Of a DNA stretch of 64,000 nucleotides, positions 20,764 to 29,635 are shown one piece after another (the first letter of the stretch is position 1; every line of letters begins with the position of its first letter). The notes under the pieces are model-generated. The model saw only the letters and a program-made list of their open reading frames with translations. It made no database searches and was not told the origin of the DNA. Origin of the DNA: Caldisericota bacterium (GTDB lineage Bacteria > Caldisericota > JANLFM01); the NCBI GenBank assembly GCA_024655865.1, contig JANLFM010000001.1:62397-126396 (forward strand), read 5' to 3'. Both the position numbers and the translations under genes were made by a program.

Positions 20764-20952
20764 ATAAGAAGTAAAGCCGGGGGCATTCTTTGTAAGAAAG
20801 CGCATAAGGTTTTCGCCTTTTGCAATCATTATGCCAACCTGGAATCATTGGGGTAAGCGACCTACACGGTTTTCCTCGGATGAAGCAGCTTTGCATATGG
20901 TATGGTTCCTTTTTTTCCAGTAGAATGAGAAAAATATTCGAAAGGAGCTAAA

Positions 20953-22083
20953 GTGAACGAGGATTTTAAAGACATCCCGGAGAGCACTGGCCAGCCTGAA
21001 CGAACTCAGAAGAAAAATACTCAGGGACATCGTCCAGACTACGTTTTCCCCCTTATCCTAATTGCCCTGGGCGTGATCTTCCTGCTTTCCGAATTGGGGA
21101 TGTCCATTAATTGGTCTATAGTTTGGCCCATTTTCCTGATCATCATTGGCGTGGGCATGATCATCTCAAAAAGGGCAAGTGGGGCCTGGGTGGGGCTTGT
21201 AATTTTTATCCTGATCCTTACAGTGATCTTCACTTTCGTCTTCGCGCCCGTTTTCTCGTTGCGCCTGGGAGAGACCGTCACCTACACGGATGGTCCCGGC
21301 GACAAGAGCATGCTTGAAGGAGCCAGGAGAATCAACTTCAATTATGGGGCACCATTAGGGAAAATAGAGATCAAGCCCGATACCTCTCTGGAAAAGAATT
21401 CCTTTAAGCTAACCACCACAACCAATATCGAGGATCTTCCTCCCCCCTCCATCTCCCGTTTTGGGGATACCCTTTCTATCGATTGTAACTATTCTCCCCA
21501 GGGATTTTGGTTTTCCATCCCCTGGCTTCCCAACTGGAAGGAAGCTCGCCTTGAGAGGAATTTGCACCTCAATACTTCTCTGCCCTTGAACCTTCGATTG
21601 AATATGACTTCAGGAAATGCCGTAGTGAACACCAGCGGTATCCCTATTGAGGAGGCGAGGATAAAATTTACCTCGGGAGACTTATTCTGGGATGCGGGAA
21701 AAACAGCTTCCACTTTGACTCCGGGAATCATTTTCGAATTTACAAGCGGAACTGCCAATGTAAACAACTTGGGAAGCACAAATTTTGGAGACCTGAAAAT
21801 CAATTTCACCAGCGGTCAAGGTAAGTTTGACCTTTCGGGAATTTCCACAGGTTTCCATCCAGTAAGCGTGGGGCTGACCTCAGGGGCTGTGGACCTTGTC
21901 ATTCCTAAAAATGTGGGCTACAGAGTGCAGGTGGAAAAAACCTCCGGGTCAGTAAGCCTGGGAAACCGCACACTTCAAGACGGTGAGCGCCTGGAAAGCG
22001 AAAATTTCAACACGGCCCAGACAAAACTGGACATATTCCTGAAACTCACGAGCGGAAATGTGACGATTAGATTAGCCGATTAA
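20953..22083 (+). CDS. membrane protein with LiaF/DUF5668-like TM segment and DUF4097-like repetitive beta domain
   Basis: 376 aa with a GTG start. It has 3 to 4 TM helices followed by a recurring x-TSG-x strand motif (FTSGD, FTSGT, FTSGQ, LTSGA, KTSGS, LTSGN). Confidence 0.65.
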   Translation: MNEDFKDIPESTGQPERTQKKNTQGHRPDYVFPLILIALGVIFLLSELGMSINWSIVWPIFLIIIGVGMIISKRASGAWVGLVIFILILTVIFTFVFAPVFSLRLGETVTYTDGPGDKSMLEGARRINFNYGAPLGKIEIKPDTSLEKNSFKLTTTTNIEDLPPPSISRFGDTLSIDCNYSPQGFWFSIPWLPNWKEARLERNLHLNTSLPLNLRLNMTSGNAVVNTSGIPIEEARIKFTSGDLFWDAGKTASTLTPGIIFEFTSGTANVNNLGSTNFGDLKINFTSGQGKFDLSGISTGFHPVSVGLTSGAVDLVIPKNVGYRVQVEKTSGSVSLGNRTLQDGERLESENFNTAQTKLDIFLKLTSGNVTIRLAD

Positions 22084-22158
22084 AGAATTCCCGGCCTGCT
22101 ACGAACAAAAGGCGAGATAACAATTTTTTGGTTTTTTGGTAAAATTAAAAAATCAATT

Positions 22159-22230
22159 GGGCCCATAGCTCAAGGGTAGAGCGGCCGGCTCATAACCGGT
22201 TGGTTCCTGGTTCGAATCCGGGTGGGCCCA
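22159..22230 (+). tRNA. tRNA-Met (anticodon CAT; elongator type, a lysidine-modified tRNA-Ile2 cannot be excluded)
   Basis: Acceptor GGGCCCA/TGGGCCC, D arm GCTC..GAGC, anticodon loop CTCATAA, T arm CCTGG-TTCGAAT-CCGGG. The 1:72 G-C pair argues against an initiator. No encoded CCA. Confidence 0.85.
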
Positions 22231-22243
22231 CTTAAGGGGCTAA

Positions 22244-22948
22244 ATGGAGGAGTTAGACATTCTTTTTCAACTTCAGTGCATAGACTTGATGCTGGAGGCA
22301 AATGAAAGAAAACTCCGGGAAATTATGGCGCCTCCTCCTTCAGCAAAAGCAACCGAAGAAAAACTTTCCCTCTTCCAATCAAAAGACCAGGAACTGCGTA
22401 ATTTGAAAAGGGACATTAAGGATCGCGAGCTGGAAATTGATTCCCTCTCCCAGAAAATCAAGAAATTAAAGAACGAGCTCTATTCTGGTAAGGGTGGGGT
22501 CAAGGAATTAATGGACAAACAAAGCGATATGGAAGCTCTGACAAAAAACCAGAAAAAGCTCGAGGACGTTTTACTGGAGTTATTGGAAAAAGCGGAAGTG
22601 CTGGAATCTGAAGTCCATGAGGCCAGGGAACAATGGAGCCGAAAGGAAAAGGAAAAAGAAGAAGACCTGGCCAGGCAGGCCAAGGAAAAGGCCGAAATTG
22701 AAGAGGCCATCGAAAAATTAAAGCAGGAACGAAAGAGTAAGGCCGACTTTCTCCCTGTTGATCTTCTTAATACATACGAGAAGCTTCGTCGTAGCATGAT
22801 GGGAAGAGCGGTAGTCGAGGTTAAGAAGGACAAGTGCGGCGGCTGCCAGATTCAAATCGCCAGCCGGAAACTCTCCGAGATCAAAAAGCGCAACTCCATC
22901 ATTACCTGTGAGAACTGCGGTCGCATTCTCTATTGGAAGGAGGGTTAG
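22244..22948 (+). CDS. COG1579/DUF164-type coiled-coil protein with C-terminal C4 zinc ribbon
   Basis: 234 aa with a long coiled coil followed by CGGCQIQI...CENCGRILY. Confidence 0.7.
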   Translation: MEELDILFQLQCIDLMLEANERKLREIMAPPPSAKATEEKLSLFQSKDQELRNLKRDIKDRELEIDSLSQKIKKLKNELYSGKGGVKELMDKQSDMEALTKNQKKLEDVLLELLEKAEVLESEVHEAREQWSRKEKEKEEDLARQAKEKAEIEEAIEKLKQERKSKADFLPVDLLNTYEKLRRSMMGRAVVEVKKDKCGGCQIQIASRKLSEIKKRNSIITCENCGRILYWKEG

Positions 22949-22950
22949 CT

Positions 22951-24219
22951 GTGGCCAAACCGAGCATTTTTACCGTTATCCGCCGGCGCAACCCTTTCTT
23001 GCTCTGGCTTGGCCAGCTGGTCTCTACCCTTGGCGACAATTTTGAGTATATAGCCCTAATGGCCTTAGCCTACCACCTCTCAGGGTCTACGCTCGTGATG
23101 GGAGCGGTATTGGTTTCCTACATGGTCCCTAATCTGGTTTTGGCAGTCTTCTCCAGCGTGATGGTGGACAGGTGGGACCGCCGCAAAACAATGATTTACT
23201 CTGATGTCATTCGGGGGCTGATCATCTTAATCCCTCCGGTCTTGCTCCTTTTAGGCAAACTGCAGATCTGGCATCTCTACCTTTACTCAGCGCTTTACGG
23301 TTGTATAACCCCCTTCTTCAACAACGCCAACGCTGCTCTCCTCCCCAGCCTGGTGAAAGAGGAGGAATACCTGGCGATGAACTCCCTCATGCAAACATCC
23401 ATTCAGCTTGCAGGGATAATCGGGCTTGCTCTGGGAGGAACGGCAATTGCTTTTCTGGGATATGCCAACGCTTACTTCTTTGATTCTTTCAGCTTTTTCT
23501 TCTCCGCGATCACCGTCTTCCTTTTGAGGGTACCCAAAATGGAGGTAATTGTCCGCCCTGTTGAGTTTCGACTGCCCCAATTCCTCAAAAACTGGTGGTC
23601 GGATTTCCTTGAGGGTCTGCGCTTTTACAAGGTTGAGAAATCACTTCTCTGGTTACTTCTGATTGCCTCTATGTTAAATTTTGCCTTTGGTCCCATATCG
23701 GTTTTGCTCCTTCCCTTTGTGGAGAACTTCATGGGCGCAACGGTCAAAGAGTTTGGGTGGATAATGTCCTCCGTAAGCCTAGGAACATTCCTGGGGGCAA
23801 TTTTTATGGGTTCTGTGGGGATAATCAGGAACAGAAGGCGATGGATTCTTGTGGCGGTGGCAGCCCTTTCAATACTTACGATGTGCTTGCCCTCAGCCCG
23901 ATTCTTTCCCCTGGCCATGGCGGTGCTCTTCGGCATCGGCTTCTCCTTGCCCGTGGCTAACATCCCGATAGCCACGGTCTTTCAGGAAAGAGTGCCAAAT
24001 AACTTGCGAGGTAGGGTCTTCGGCGCTCGCAATTTCCTCGCTCAGAGTCTAAGCCCCATTTCCACGGCTTTGGGAGGCATGGTCGCTGATATAATTGGGG
24101 TCCCCTTAACCATCTTTCTATGTGGCGCTCTGGCATTTTCGGTCCTTGTACCCAGTATTTTCATCCCCCATCTCTATGGTTTAAACTTACAAGCAAAAGT
24201 TGAAGGGAGGGCAGAATGA
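22951..24219 (+). CDS. MFS transporter
   Basis: About 12 TM helices and the MVDRWDRRK loop motif. GTG 22951 follows GGAAGGAGGG; the ORF-track TTG 22933 overlaps the upstream gene. Confidence 0.8.
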   Translation: MAKPSIFTVIRRRNPFLLWLGQLVSTLGDNFEYIALMALAYHLSGSTLVMGAVLVSYMVPNLVLAVFSSVMVDRWDRRKTMIYSDVIRGLIILIPPVLLLLGKLQIWHLYLYSALYGCITPFFNNANAALLPSLVKEEEYLAMNSLMQTSIQLAGIIGLALGGTAIAFLGYANAYFFDSFSFFFSAITVFLLRVPKMEVIVRPVEFRLPQFLKNWWSDFLEGLRFYKVEKSLLWLLLIASMLNFAFGPISVLLLPFVENFMGATVKEFGWIMSSVSLGTFLGAIFMGSVGIIRNRRRWILVAVAALSILTMCLPSARFFPLAMAVLFGIGFSLPVANIPIATVFQERVPNNLRGRVFGARNFLAQSLSPISTALGGMVADIIGVPLTIFLCGALAFSVLVPSIFIPHLYGLNLQAKVEGRAE

Positions 24220-25301
24220 ACAAGAAAGCGTTGCGCTGGACTATCTTCGCTATTGTCCTTATTGGCGTAATTGTGGCTTTGAGCTTCATCCTCAGGCCAT
24301 ATTTTGCGGGTGAAAAAACCATCCACCCGGAGGTTTTCCGCATTGGCAATTTCTCCATCCGGTGGTACGGACTTTTAATCGCTTTGAGCTTTATCCCCGG
24401 TATTTATGTCGCTTACAGAATGGCCCAAAACTGGTCTATTAATCCTGATCATGTGTTTAATCTGGCAATTATTTGCGCTCCGTTGGGGTTGATCTTTGCC
24501 AGGCTCTTTTACTGTGCCCTAAACTGGCAATACTACAGTAAGTATCCAGCCCAGATACTCTATCTCTGGCAAGGAGGCCTTTCCATTTACGGTGTAATTT
24601 TCGGAGGAATTCTCGGAGTTTTAATTTACTCCTTAGCTGGAAAGGTTAATTTCTTGCGCCTGCTGGACCTGGGAGCGGTGCCTCTCCTCCTTGGCCAAGC
24701 CATCGGCCGCTGGGGGAACTTCTTCAATCAGGAGCTCTTCGGCTACCCCACTGATTTGCCCTGGAAAATGTACATTGCTCCCGAGTATCGCCCTCAAAAA
24801 TACATGGCATACAACTATTTCCACCCCACCTTCCTCTACGAGTCGATCTACAATTTCATCCTCTTCGGTGTGCTTTATTCCCTTTCTCGAAAAAAGGACC
24901 TCAAGCCGGGAGTAATCGTCTCGATTTATTTCATTGCATACGGGGCATTCAGGTTCTTTTTAGAGTTCGTGCGCATTGAGCCCAGTGCGGTCTGGTTCAT
25001 GAGCTGGGGTCAGGTCGCCAGTCTGATTGCTGTAATTGTGGGAGCGGTAATGCTCTTCTTCATTCAGAAATCCAAGCCCGTTCTTGTGGAAATTGCTGCA
25101 CCTGCTCAAGAAAGCACCGAAGAAGCTTCAACTGGCATGGAAAGCTTGAAGGAGGGAGGATCAAAACCAGAAATTACAGCAGGGATCCCCACGGGGGAAA
25201 GGACAGAGAAAGAAGAAGGGCTTACACCATCCGGCCCGGAAAACGCCCCCGCTGAGGAGAAACCTGGAAAACAGGAAAAAACGGAAACCGGAGAAAACTG
25301 A
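24216..25301 (+). CDS. lgt: prolipoprotein diacylglyceryl transferase with a low-complexity C-terminal extension
   Basis: GRWGNFFNQELFG signature. ATGA overlap with the MFS gene. The last ~85 aa are acidic and Pro/Glu/Thr-rich. Confidence 0.9.
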   Translation: MNKKALRWTIFAIVLIGVIVALSFILRPYFAGEKTIHPEVFRIGNFSIRWYGLLIALSFIPGIYVAYRMAQNWSINPDHVFNLAIICAPLGLIFARLFYCALNWQYYSKYPAQILYLWQGGLSIYGVIFGGILGVLIYSLAGKVNFLRLLDLGAVPLLLGQAIGRWGNFFNQELFGYPTDLPWKMYIAPEYRPQKYMAYNYFHPTFLYESIYNFILFGVLYSLSRKKDLKPGVIVSIYFIAYGAFRFFLEFVRIEPSAVWFMSWGQVASLIAVIVGAVMLFFIQKSKPVLVEIAAPAQESTEEASTGMESLKEGGSKPEITAGIPTGERTEKEEGLTPSGPENAPAEEKPGKQEKTETGEN

Positions 25302-25325
25302 GGGTTTATCGAAGGTTTTAAAATG

Positions 25326-25360
25326 GAGCAGGCGCCGGTTCTCGGCGCCTGCTCTTTCTT
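25326..25360. terminator. bidirectional intrinsic terminator
   Basis: GAGCAGGCGCCG (25326-25337), 5-nt loop, CGGCGCCTGCTC (25343-25354), followed by TTTCTTT on plus and a T-rich run on minus. Confidence 0.7.
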
Positions 25361-25375
25361 TAAGAGATTAGATAG

Positions 25376-25531
25376 TTACTGCTTTTTGGAAAAAATGGAT
25401 AAGATTACGCCTACGAGCGCCACAATGAAGAGAATCCAGCCCAGCCAGGAAGGCAATGCAGCCCCGAGAGCAAGGAACAAAATAATCAGGGCCAAAACGA
25501 CGGTGCTGATAATGTTTATAACTTGTTGCAC
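25376..25531 (-). CDS. small (51 aa) two-TM hydrophobic protein, hypothetical
   Basis: GTG start 6 nt after GGGGGTGA. Translation VQQVINIISTVVLALIILFLALGAALPSWLGWILFIVALVGVILSIFSKKQ, ending just before the terminator. It is below the ORF-track size cut-off. Confidence 0.45.
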   Translation of the reverse strand: MQQVINIISTVVLALIILFLALGAALPSWLGWILFIVALVGVILSIFSKKQ

Positions 25532-25645
25532 ACTTTTCACCCCCTTTCTAAAAGAATTAGACGAAAAACCCGGGCAGGTTACTTCAAAAAGTTATATAGC
25601 AAGGAGAATTGGGGAAGTGCGCCTCATATCTGGTATAGAACTCCC

Positions 25646-26127
25646 TTAAAGTTCTTCGGCTCTTGAGCAGAAATTAGCTACCACGTCATAGAGCACCTGC
25701 ACCCCGAAAGCTAAAGCATCGATGGGAATGCGCTCATTGTGGCCGTGAATCATGCGCATAAAATCCATTTTTTCAGGAAGCCTCATCGGAGAGAAACCAT
25801 AGCAGGGAACGCCCAGGCGGGCCAGGTGCTTGGCATCTGTTGCCCCGGTTGCCATCATCGGGACCACAGCACAATCTGGATCATGCCGCCGTAGACCATA
25901 ATGGGCTCGAATTCATAATCGGACCCTATAATTTTCCATAATTCTCCCTTGAAGGATTCAAGATTCTGGCCGGGAAGGATCCTTCCGTCCAATTCCGCTT
26001 CGGCCTGGGGGGAATCACGTTCGTTTTTTCTCCAGCTCTTAAAACCGTGGGTGATACGGTGTTTGTGAAGCAGGGCGTAAAAATACTCCCTCTGCCAGGA
26101 ACTTCTAAGGAAAAGGCGCAAAATCAT
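25646..26127 (-). pseudogene. remnant of an M20 (ArgE/DapE-like) metallopeptidase; C-terminal ~165 codons only, at least 2 frameshifts
   Basis: Three frames carry consecutive M20 pieces: NTVSPTVLRAGEKTNVIPP, then QAEAELDGRILPGQ..DYEFEPI, then DPDCAVVPMMATGATDAKH..HGHNERIPIDAL. One shift is at the G6 run 26007-26012 (plus strand). No catalytic N-terminal domain remains before the next gene. Confidence 0.75.
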
Positions 26128-26154
26128 TTTCGTGCTCCTTGTGGTCTTTAACTT

Positions 26155-27279
26155 TTATTTTATCCCCGCTATTCTGGCCAAAGGACTGCGCAAGGGGGTA
26201 ATCGCTCCCTGAGGGCAAATCTCGGCGCAACACAGGCAACCCACGCATTCACGATAGTTTATCCGTGCGGGTTTATCGGGAGTAATCGCTTGACGAGGGC
26301 ATGATTGAGCACAAAGTCCACATCCCGTGCATGCGGAGGAGTTGACCTTAGGACGAACGTAAACCAGACGACTAAAGAGCGGCGCAATAAATTCAGGAAT
26401 AGCAGCCTGAAGCAGGCCACTAAAAGGAGGCAGCCTCACCTTGCCAAATTCCAGAGCCCGACTATCTCCCTCGACTTTGATGGAATGCAACTCCCCTACT
26501 CCCAATTCTCGTCGAGCAGCCTCTTTCAGGTGAAGGACTCCTCCCTCGGGGCATCCCATGGCTTTAGCCATGATGACATCTAAAGCAACCGGGTCAGTGG
26601 AAGCAGCCACCACTCCATATCTCTTTGGTGTGCCGTTCGCCCCAGGACCGTTTCCTTCCTGGCCCACTATCCCATCCATAATAGTGAGCCCCGGTCGCAC
26701 AAGCTCACGGACATCAACAAGCGCGCTTGAGAACTCGCGCACCGAGGGTGCCCTGAGGTGGATTTCCCTTTTCCTGGTTCCCGGGATCACCCCAAAAAGG
26801 TTTTTCACGGCACCCGTATAAAGGGTCAAAGTATGGGTTTTCAATTTGGGAAGGTTGATAAGCAGGTCGGCCTCAAAAATGGGCCTGGCGATCAAATAGC
26901 TTTTTCCTCTGAGACTTTTCCAGACCATTGCCTGAAAGGGAACGAGTCGAGCTGAAGTCGCTTCTGATGTTCTGGTCATTCCCGTTTTCAACCAGAGCTC
27001 GGGGGTATTCTCTCCCGTTCCCCCAGGTGAATCTCCGATCCAGACCTCACCACCTGCCTCGGTTACTATTTCTGCCACAACTTGCACAAAAACCGGGTGT
27101 GTGGTGATTGCCTTATCAGGATCACTGGGGGAAAGAAGGTTAGGTTTTAGAAGAACCTTCATTCCTGGCTGCACGAAGTGCTGAATACCACCTAAAGCGG
27201 AAAGGGCGGATCTTATGGCCTCGTGCACTTCGCGGTATTCATAGGATTGACATCTGCTGATCGAAACGAGCGCCTTCAT
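26155..27279 (-). CDS. DUF362 domain protein with C-terminal 2x[4Fe-4S] ferredoxin domain
   Basis: MKALVSISRCQSYEY...LLKPNL is DUF362-like. Ferredoxin motifs are CTGCGLCAQSCP and CVGCLCCAEICP. The start is uncertain (ATG 27279 vs TTG 27303). Confidence 0.75.
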   Translation of the reverse strand: MKALVSISRCQSYEYREVHEAIRSALSALGGIQHFVQPGMKVLLKPNLLSPSDPDKAITTHPVFVQVVAEIVTEAGGEVWIGDSPGGTGENTPELWLKTGMTRTSEATSARLVPFQAMVWKSLRGKSYLIARPIFEADLLINLPKLKTHTLTLYTGAVKNLFGVIPGTRKREIHLRAPSVREFSSALVDVRELVRPGLTIMDGIVGQEGNGPGANGTPKRYGVVAASTDPVALDVIMAKAMGCPEGGVLHLKEAARRELGVGELHSIKVEGDSRALEFGKVRLPPFSGLLQAAIPEFIAPLFSRLVYVRPKVNSSACTGCGLCAQSCPRQAITPDKPARINYRECVGCLCCAEICPQGAITPLRSPLARIAGIK

Positions 27280-27311
27280 AGTCCTAATTTTAGTTTTAAA
27301 CAATTAATTTT

Positions 27312-28172
27312 TTAAGGTTTTATCTGAGCTATTAAAGACCCCAAAAACATCAAGGCACATCCCCAGATGGCTCTGAGAGTGAGAATCTCTCCCAAAAAGG
27401 CCCAACCGGTTAATGCAGCGAAAACAGCCTCCAGGCTCATGATGATCGCAGCATGAGTGGCGACTGTATCTTTCTGGGCAACGACCTGAAGGGTGTAGGC
27501 CACTCCCACGGAAAAAACCCCAGCATACACCAGAGGCCAGATAGCCTCCTTTACGCCCTGAGTGCTGAAGTGTTCAAAGGAAAAGGCGAAAAATAGGCTG
27601 AGGACAGAACAAGTGAGGAATTGCATCAGAGCCAGGCGCAGGGGCTCGCTCTTTTTGGAATAAAGCGAGACCACGAGAACATGAAAGGAGAAGACAAAAG
27701 CGCAAATCAAGACCAGAAGGTCACCTTTCAAGATAGCAAAATTCTCTCTCACACTCAGAAGGTATAGCCCGCCCAGAGCAAGAAAAGCTCCCAGCCAGCT
27801 TCCCCAACCCGGGCGGTGTCGGAAAAGAGGACCAAGAAAAGGGACAATCACAACATAAAGCCCGGTAATGAAACCAGCTTTCCCGGCTGTAGTATGCACA
27901 ATCCCGTATTGCTGAAGGTTCGTAGCAATTGCCAGGAGCACCCCGGCAAGGATTCCGCCTTTAAGCTCTTCCCTGGAGAAAAAATGGGGGTTCCCTTTTT
28001 TGGAAAGAGCCCAGGGAAGAAGGGCTATTGTCCCCAGGGAAAACCGAATGCCGTTGAAGGCCGCAGGAGGAAGATAATTGACGCCAACCCTCTGCGCCAC
28101 AAAGGCTGCTCCCCAGATAAAGGCTGTAAGGAGAAGGAGAAGGTCAGCCTTAAGGATCTTCCGGTCAATCAT
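27312..28172 (-). CDS. EamA/DMT-family transporter
   Basis: 286 aa with 10 TM helices in two EamA-like halves. Confidence 0.8.
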   Translation of the reverse strand: MIDRKILKADLLLLLTAFIWGAAFVAQRVGVNYLPPAAFNGIRFSLGTIALLPWALSKKGNPHFFSREELKGGILAGVLLAIATNLQQYGIVHTTAGKAGFITGLYVVIVPFLGPLFRHRPGWGSWLGAFLALGGLYLLSVRENFAILKGDLLVLICAFVFSFHVLVVSLYSKKSEPLRLALMQFLTCSVLSLFFAFSFEHFSTQGVKEAIWPLVYAGVFSVGVAYTLQVVAQKDTVATHAAIIMSLEAVFAALTGWAFLGEILTLRAIWGCALMFLGSLIAQIKP

Positions 28173-28192
28173 GGACCAGGGGCTCTATCTTC

Positions 28193-29626
28193 CTACTTTT
28201 TCAGCTTGAAAAGCGCTTTTTCAAGTCGCAAGAGGCTCTCGTCTTTACCCAGCACTTCCAGGACCTCGAATGCTCCCGGAGAAGCCTCTTTCCCGGTGAG
28301 AGCTGCTCGAAGAGGCCAGAGCAGGTTTCCCGGAGGAATTCCTTTCTCCTGGGCAGCCTGACGTAATTCCCTTTCCAAAACCGGGGCCGCAAAATCCTCA
28401 ACCTCCGTCAAACAGTCGATAGCTACCTCCAGGGCAAAGGCTGCGCTCTCTGGCGTTCCCTTTTTGGGGATCAATAGTTCTGCCGGGTAATCCGGTTCTT
28501 TAAAGTAGAAGGAGAGGAGTTCCGGGGCCTCGGAAAGTTTCTTCATCCTTTCCTGGACCGTGCGTAAGGCCATAAAGAAGTAAGGCTCAAGGGGATAATC
28601 CTCATTTATCAATCCCGCTTTCACCAGGTAGGGTTTGACCAGGATGGCCAGCTCCTCGAGAGATTTCTTGCGAATGTAGTAACCGTTAAAGAAATCAAGT
28701 TTTTCCCTGTTGAAGACTGCCCCCGTATGGGAAACCTTTTCCAGGGAGAATTGTTCGATCAGTTCCTCCATGGAAAAGATTTCCTGATCAGTTCCCGGGG
28801 ACCACCCCAAAAGGGCAAGAAAGTTAATCATGGCTTCGGGGAGATACCCCTCCTCCATATAGGAAATTACGGAAACCGCCCCGTGCCGTTTGGAGAGTTT
28901 TCCCTGGCCCCTTCCCGCCAGAATGCTGGGAAGGTGACAGAACTCAGGCATCTCCCAGCCGAATGCCTGATAAAGCAGGACATGCTTGGGAGTAGAGGGC
29001 AACCATTCCTCCCCCCTGATGACGTGCGTAATTTCCATCAGGTGATCGTCCACAAGGTGTGCCAGATGGTAGGTGGGGTACCCGTCGGATTTCAAGAGTA
29101 CCTGGTCGTCGATTTCCTCGTTGCGCACCGAGATTTCCCCGTAAACGATGTCTTTGAACTTTGTAATTCCAGACTCCGGGACTTTCATCCGGATAGTGAA
29201 GGGAGCCCCCTCCATGATCAGTCTTTCCCTTTCCTCCTCCGTGAGATTCCTGCAGCGTCGGTCGTATCGAGGAGGGAGCTTCTTAGCTTCTTGCTCTTTC
29301 CTCATTTCCTCCAGGCGCTCCGGGGAGCAGAAACAGGGGTAAGCGTGCCCCGCATCCATCAGCTCGAAAGCGTGCTTTTTGTATATTTCCAGCCTCTGAG
29401 ACTGAAAAATTGGCCCTTCATCCCAGTTCAGCCCTGCCCAGCGAAGGGCAAACTGAATGTGATCTGCGGAGTGGGGGTCGTACCTTTTGCGATCCGTATC
29501 CTCAATCCTAAGGATGAAGACCCCCCTGTTTTTCCGAGCGAATAGGTAACAGAAAAGCGCTGTGCGCAATCCTCCAATGTGGAGTTCCCCTGTGGGGCTG
29601 GGAGCGAAGCGAACGCGAACAGACAT
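28193..29626 (-). CDS. gltX: glutamate--tRNA ligase
   Basis: 477 aa with RFAPSPTGELHIGG (HIGH) and KLSKRHG (KMSKS). Confidence 0.95.
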   Translation of the reverse strand: MSVRVRFAPSPTGELHIGGLRTALFCYLFARKNRGVFILRIEDTDRKRYDPHSADHIQFALRWAGLNWDEGPIFQSQRLEIYKKHAFELMDAGHAYPCFCSPERLEEMRKEQEAKKLPPRYDRRCRNLTEEERERLIMEGAPFTIRMKVPESGITKFKDIVYGEISVRNEEIDDQVLLKSDGYPTYHLAHLVDDHLMEITHVIRGEEWLPSTPKHVLLYQAFGWEMPEFCHLPSILAGRGQGKLSKRHGAVSVISYMEEGYLPEAMINFLALLGWSPGTDQEIFSMEELIEQFSLEKVSHTGAVFNREKLDFFNGYYIRKKSLEELAILVKPYLVKAGLINEDYPLEPYFFMALRTVQERMKKLSEAPELLSFYFKEPDYPAELLIPKKGTPESAAFALEVAIDCLTEVEDFAAPVLERELRQAAQEKGIPPGNLLWPLRAALTGKEASPGAFEVLEVLGKDESLLRLEKALFKLKK

Positions 29627-29635
29627 TATTTCACC

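Noticed and set aside
25323-25649. 108-aa plus-strand ORF
   Set aside because: It starts inside a strong terminator hairpin, has no SD and has odd composition. The opposite strand holds a better SD-led 51-aa membrane ORF.
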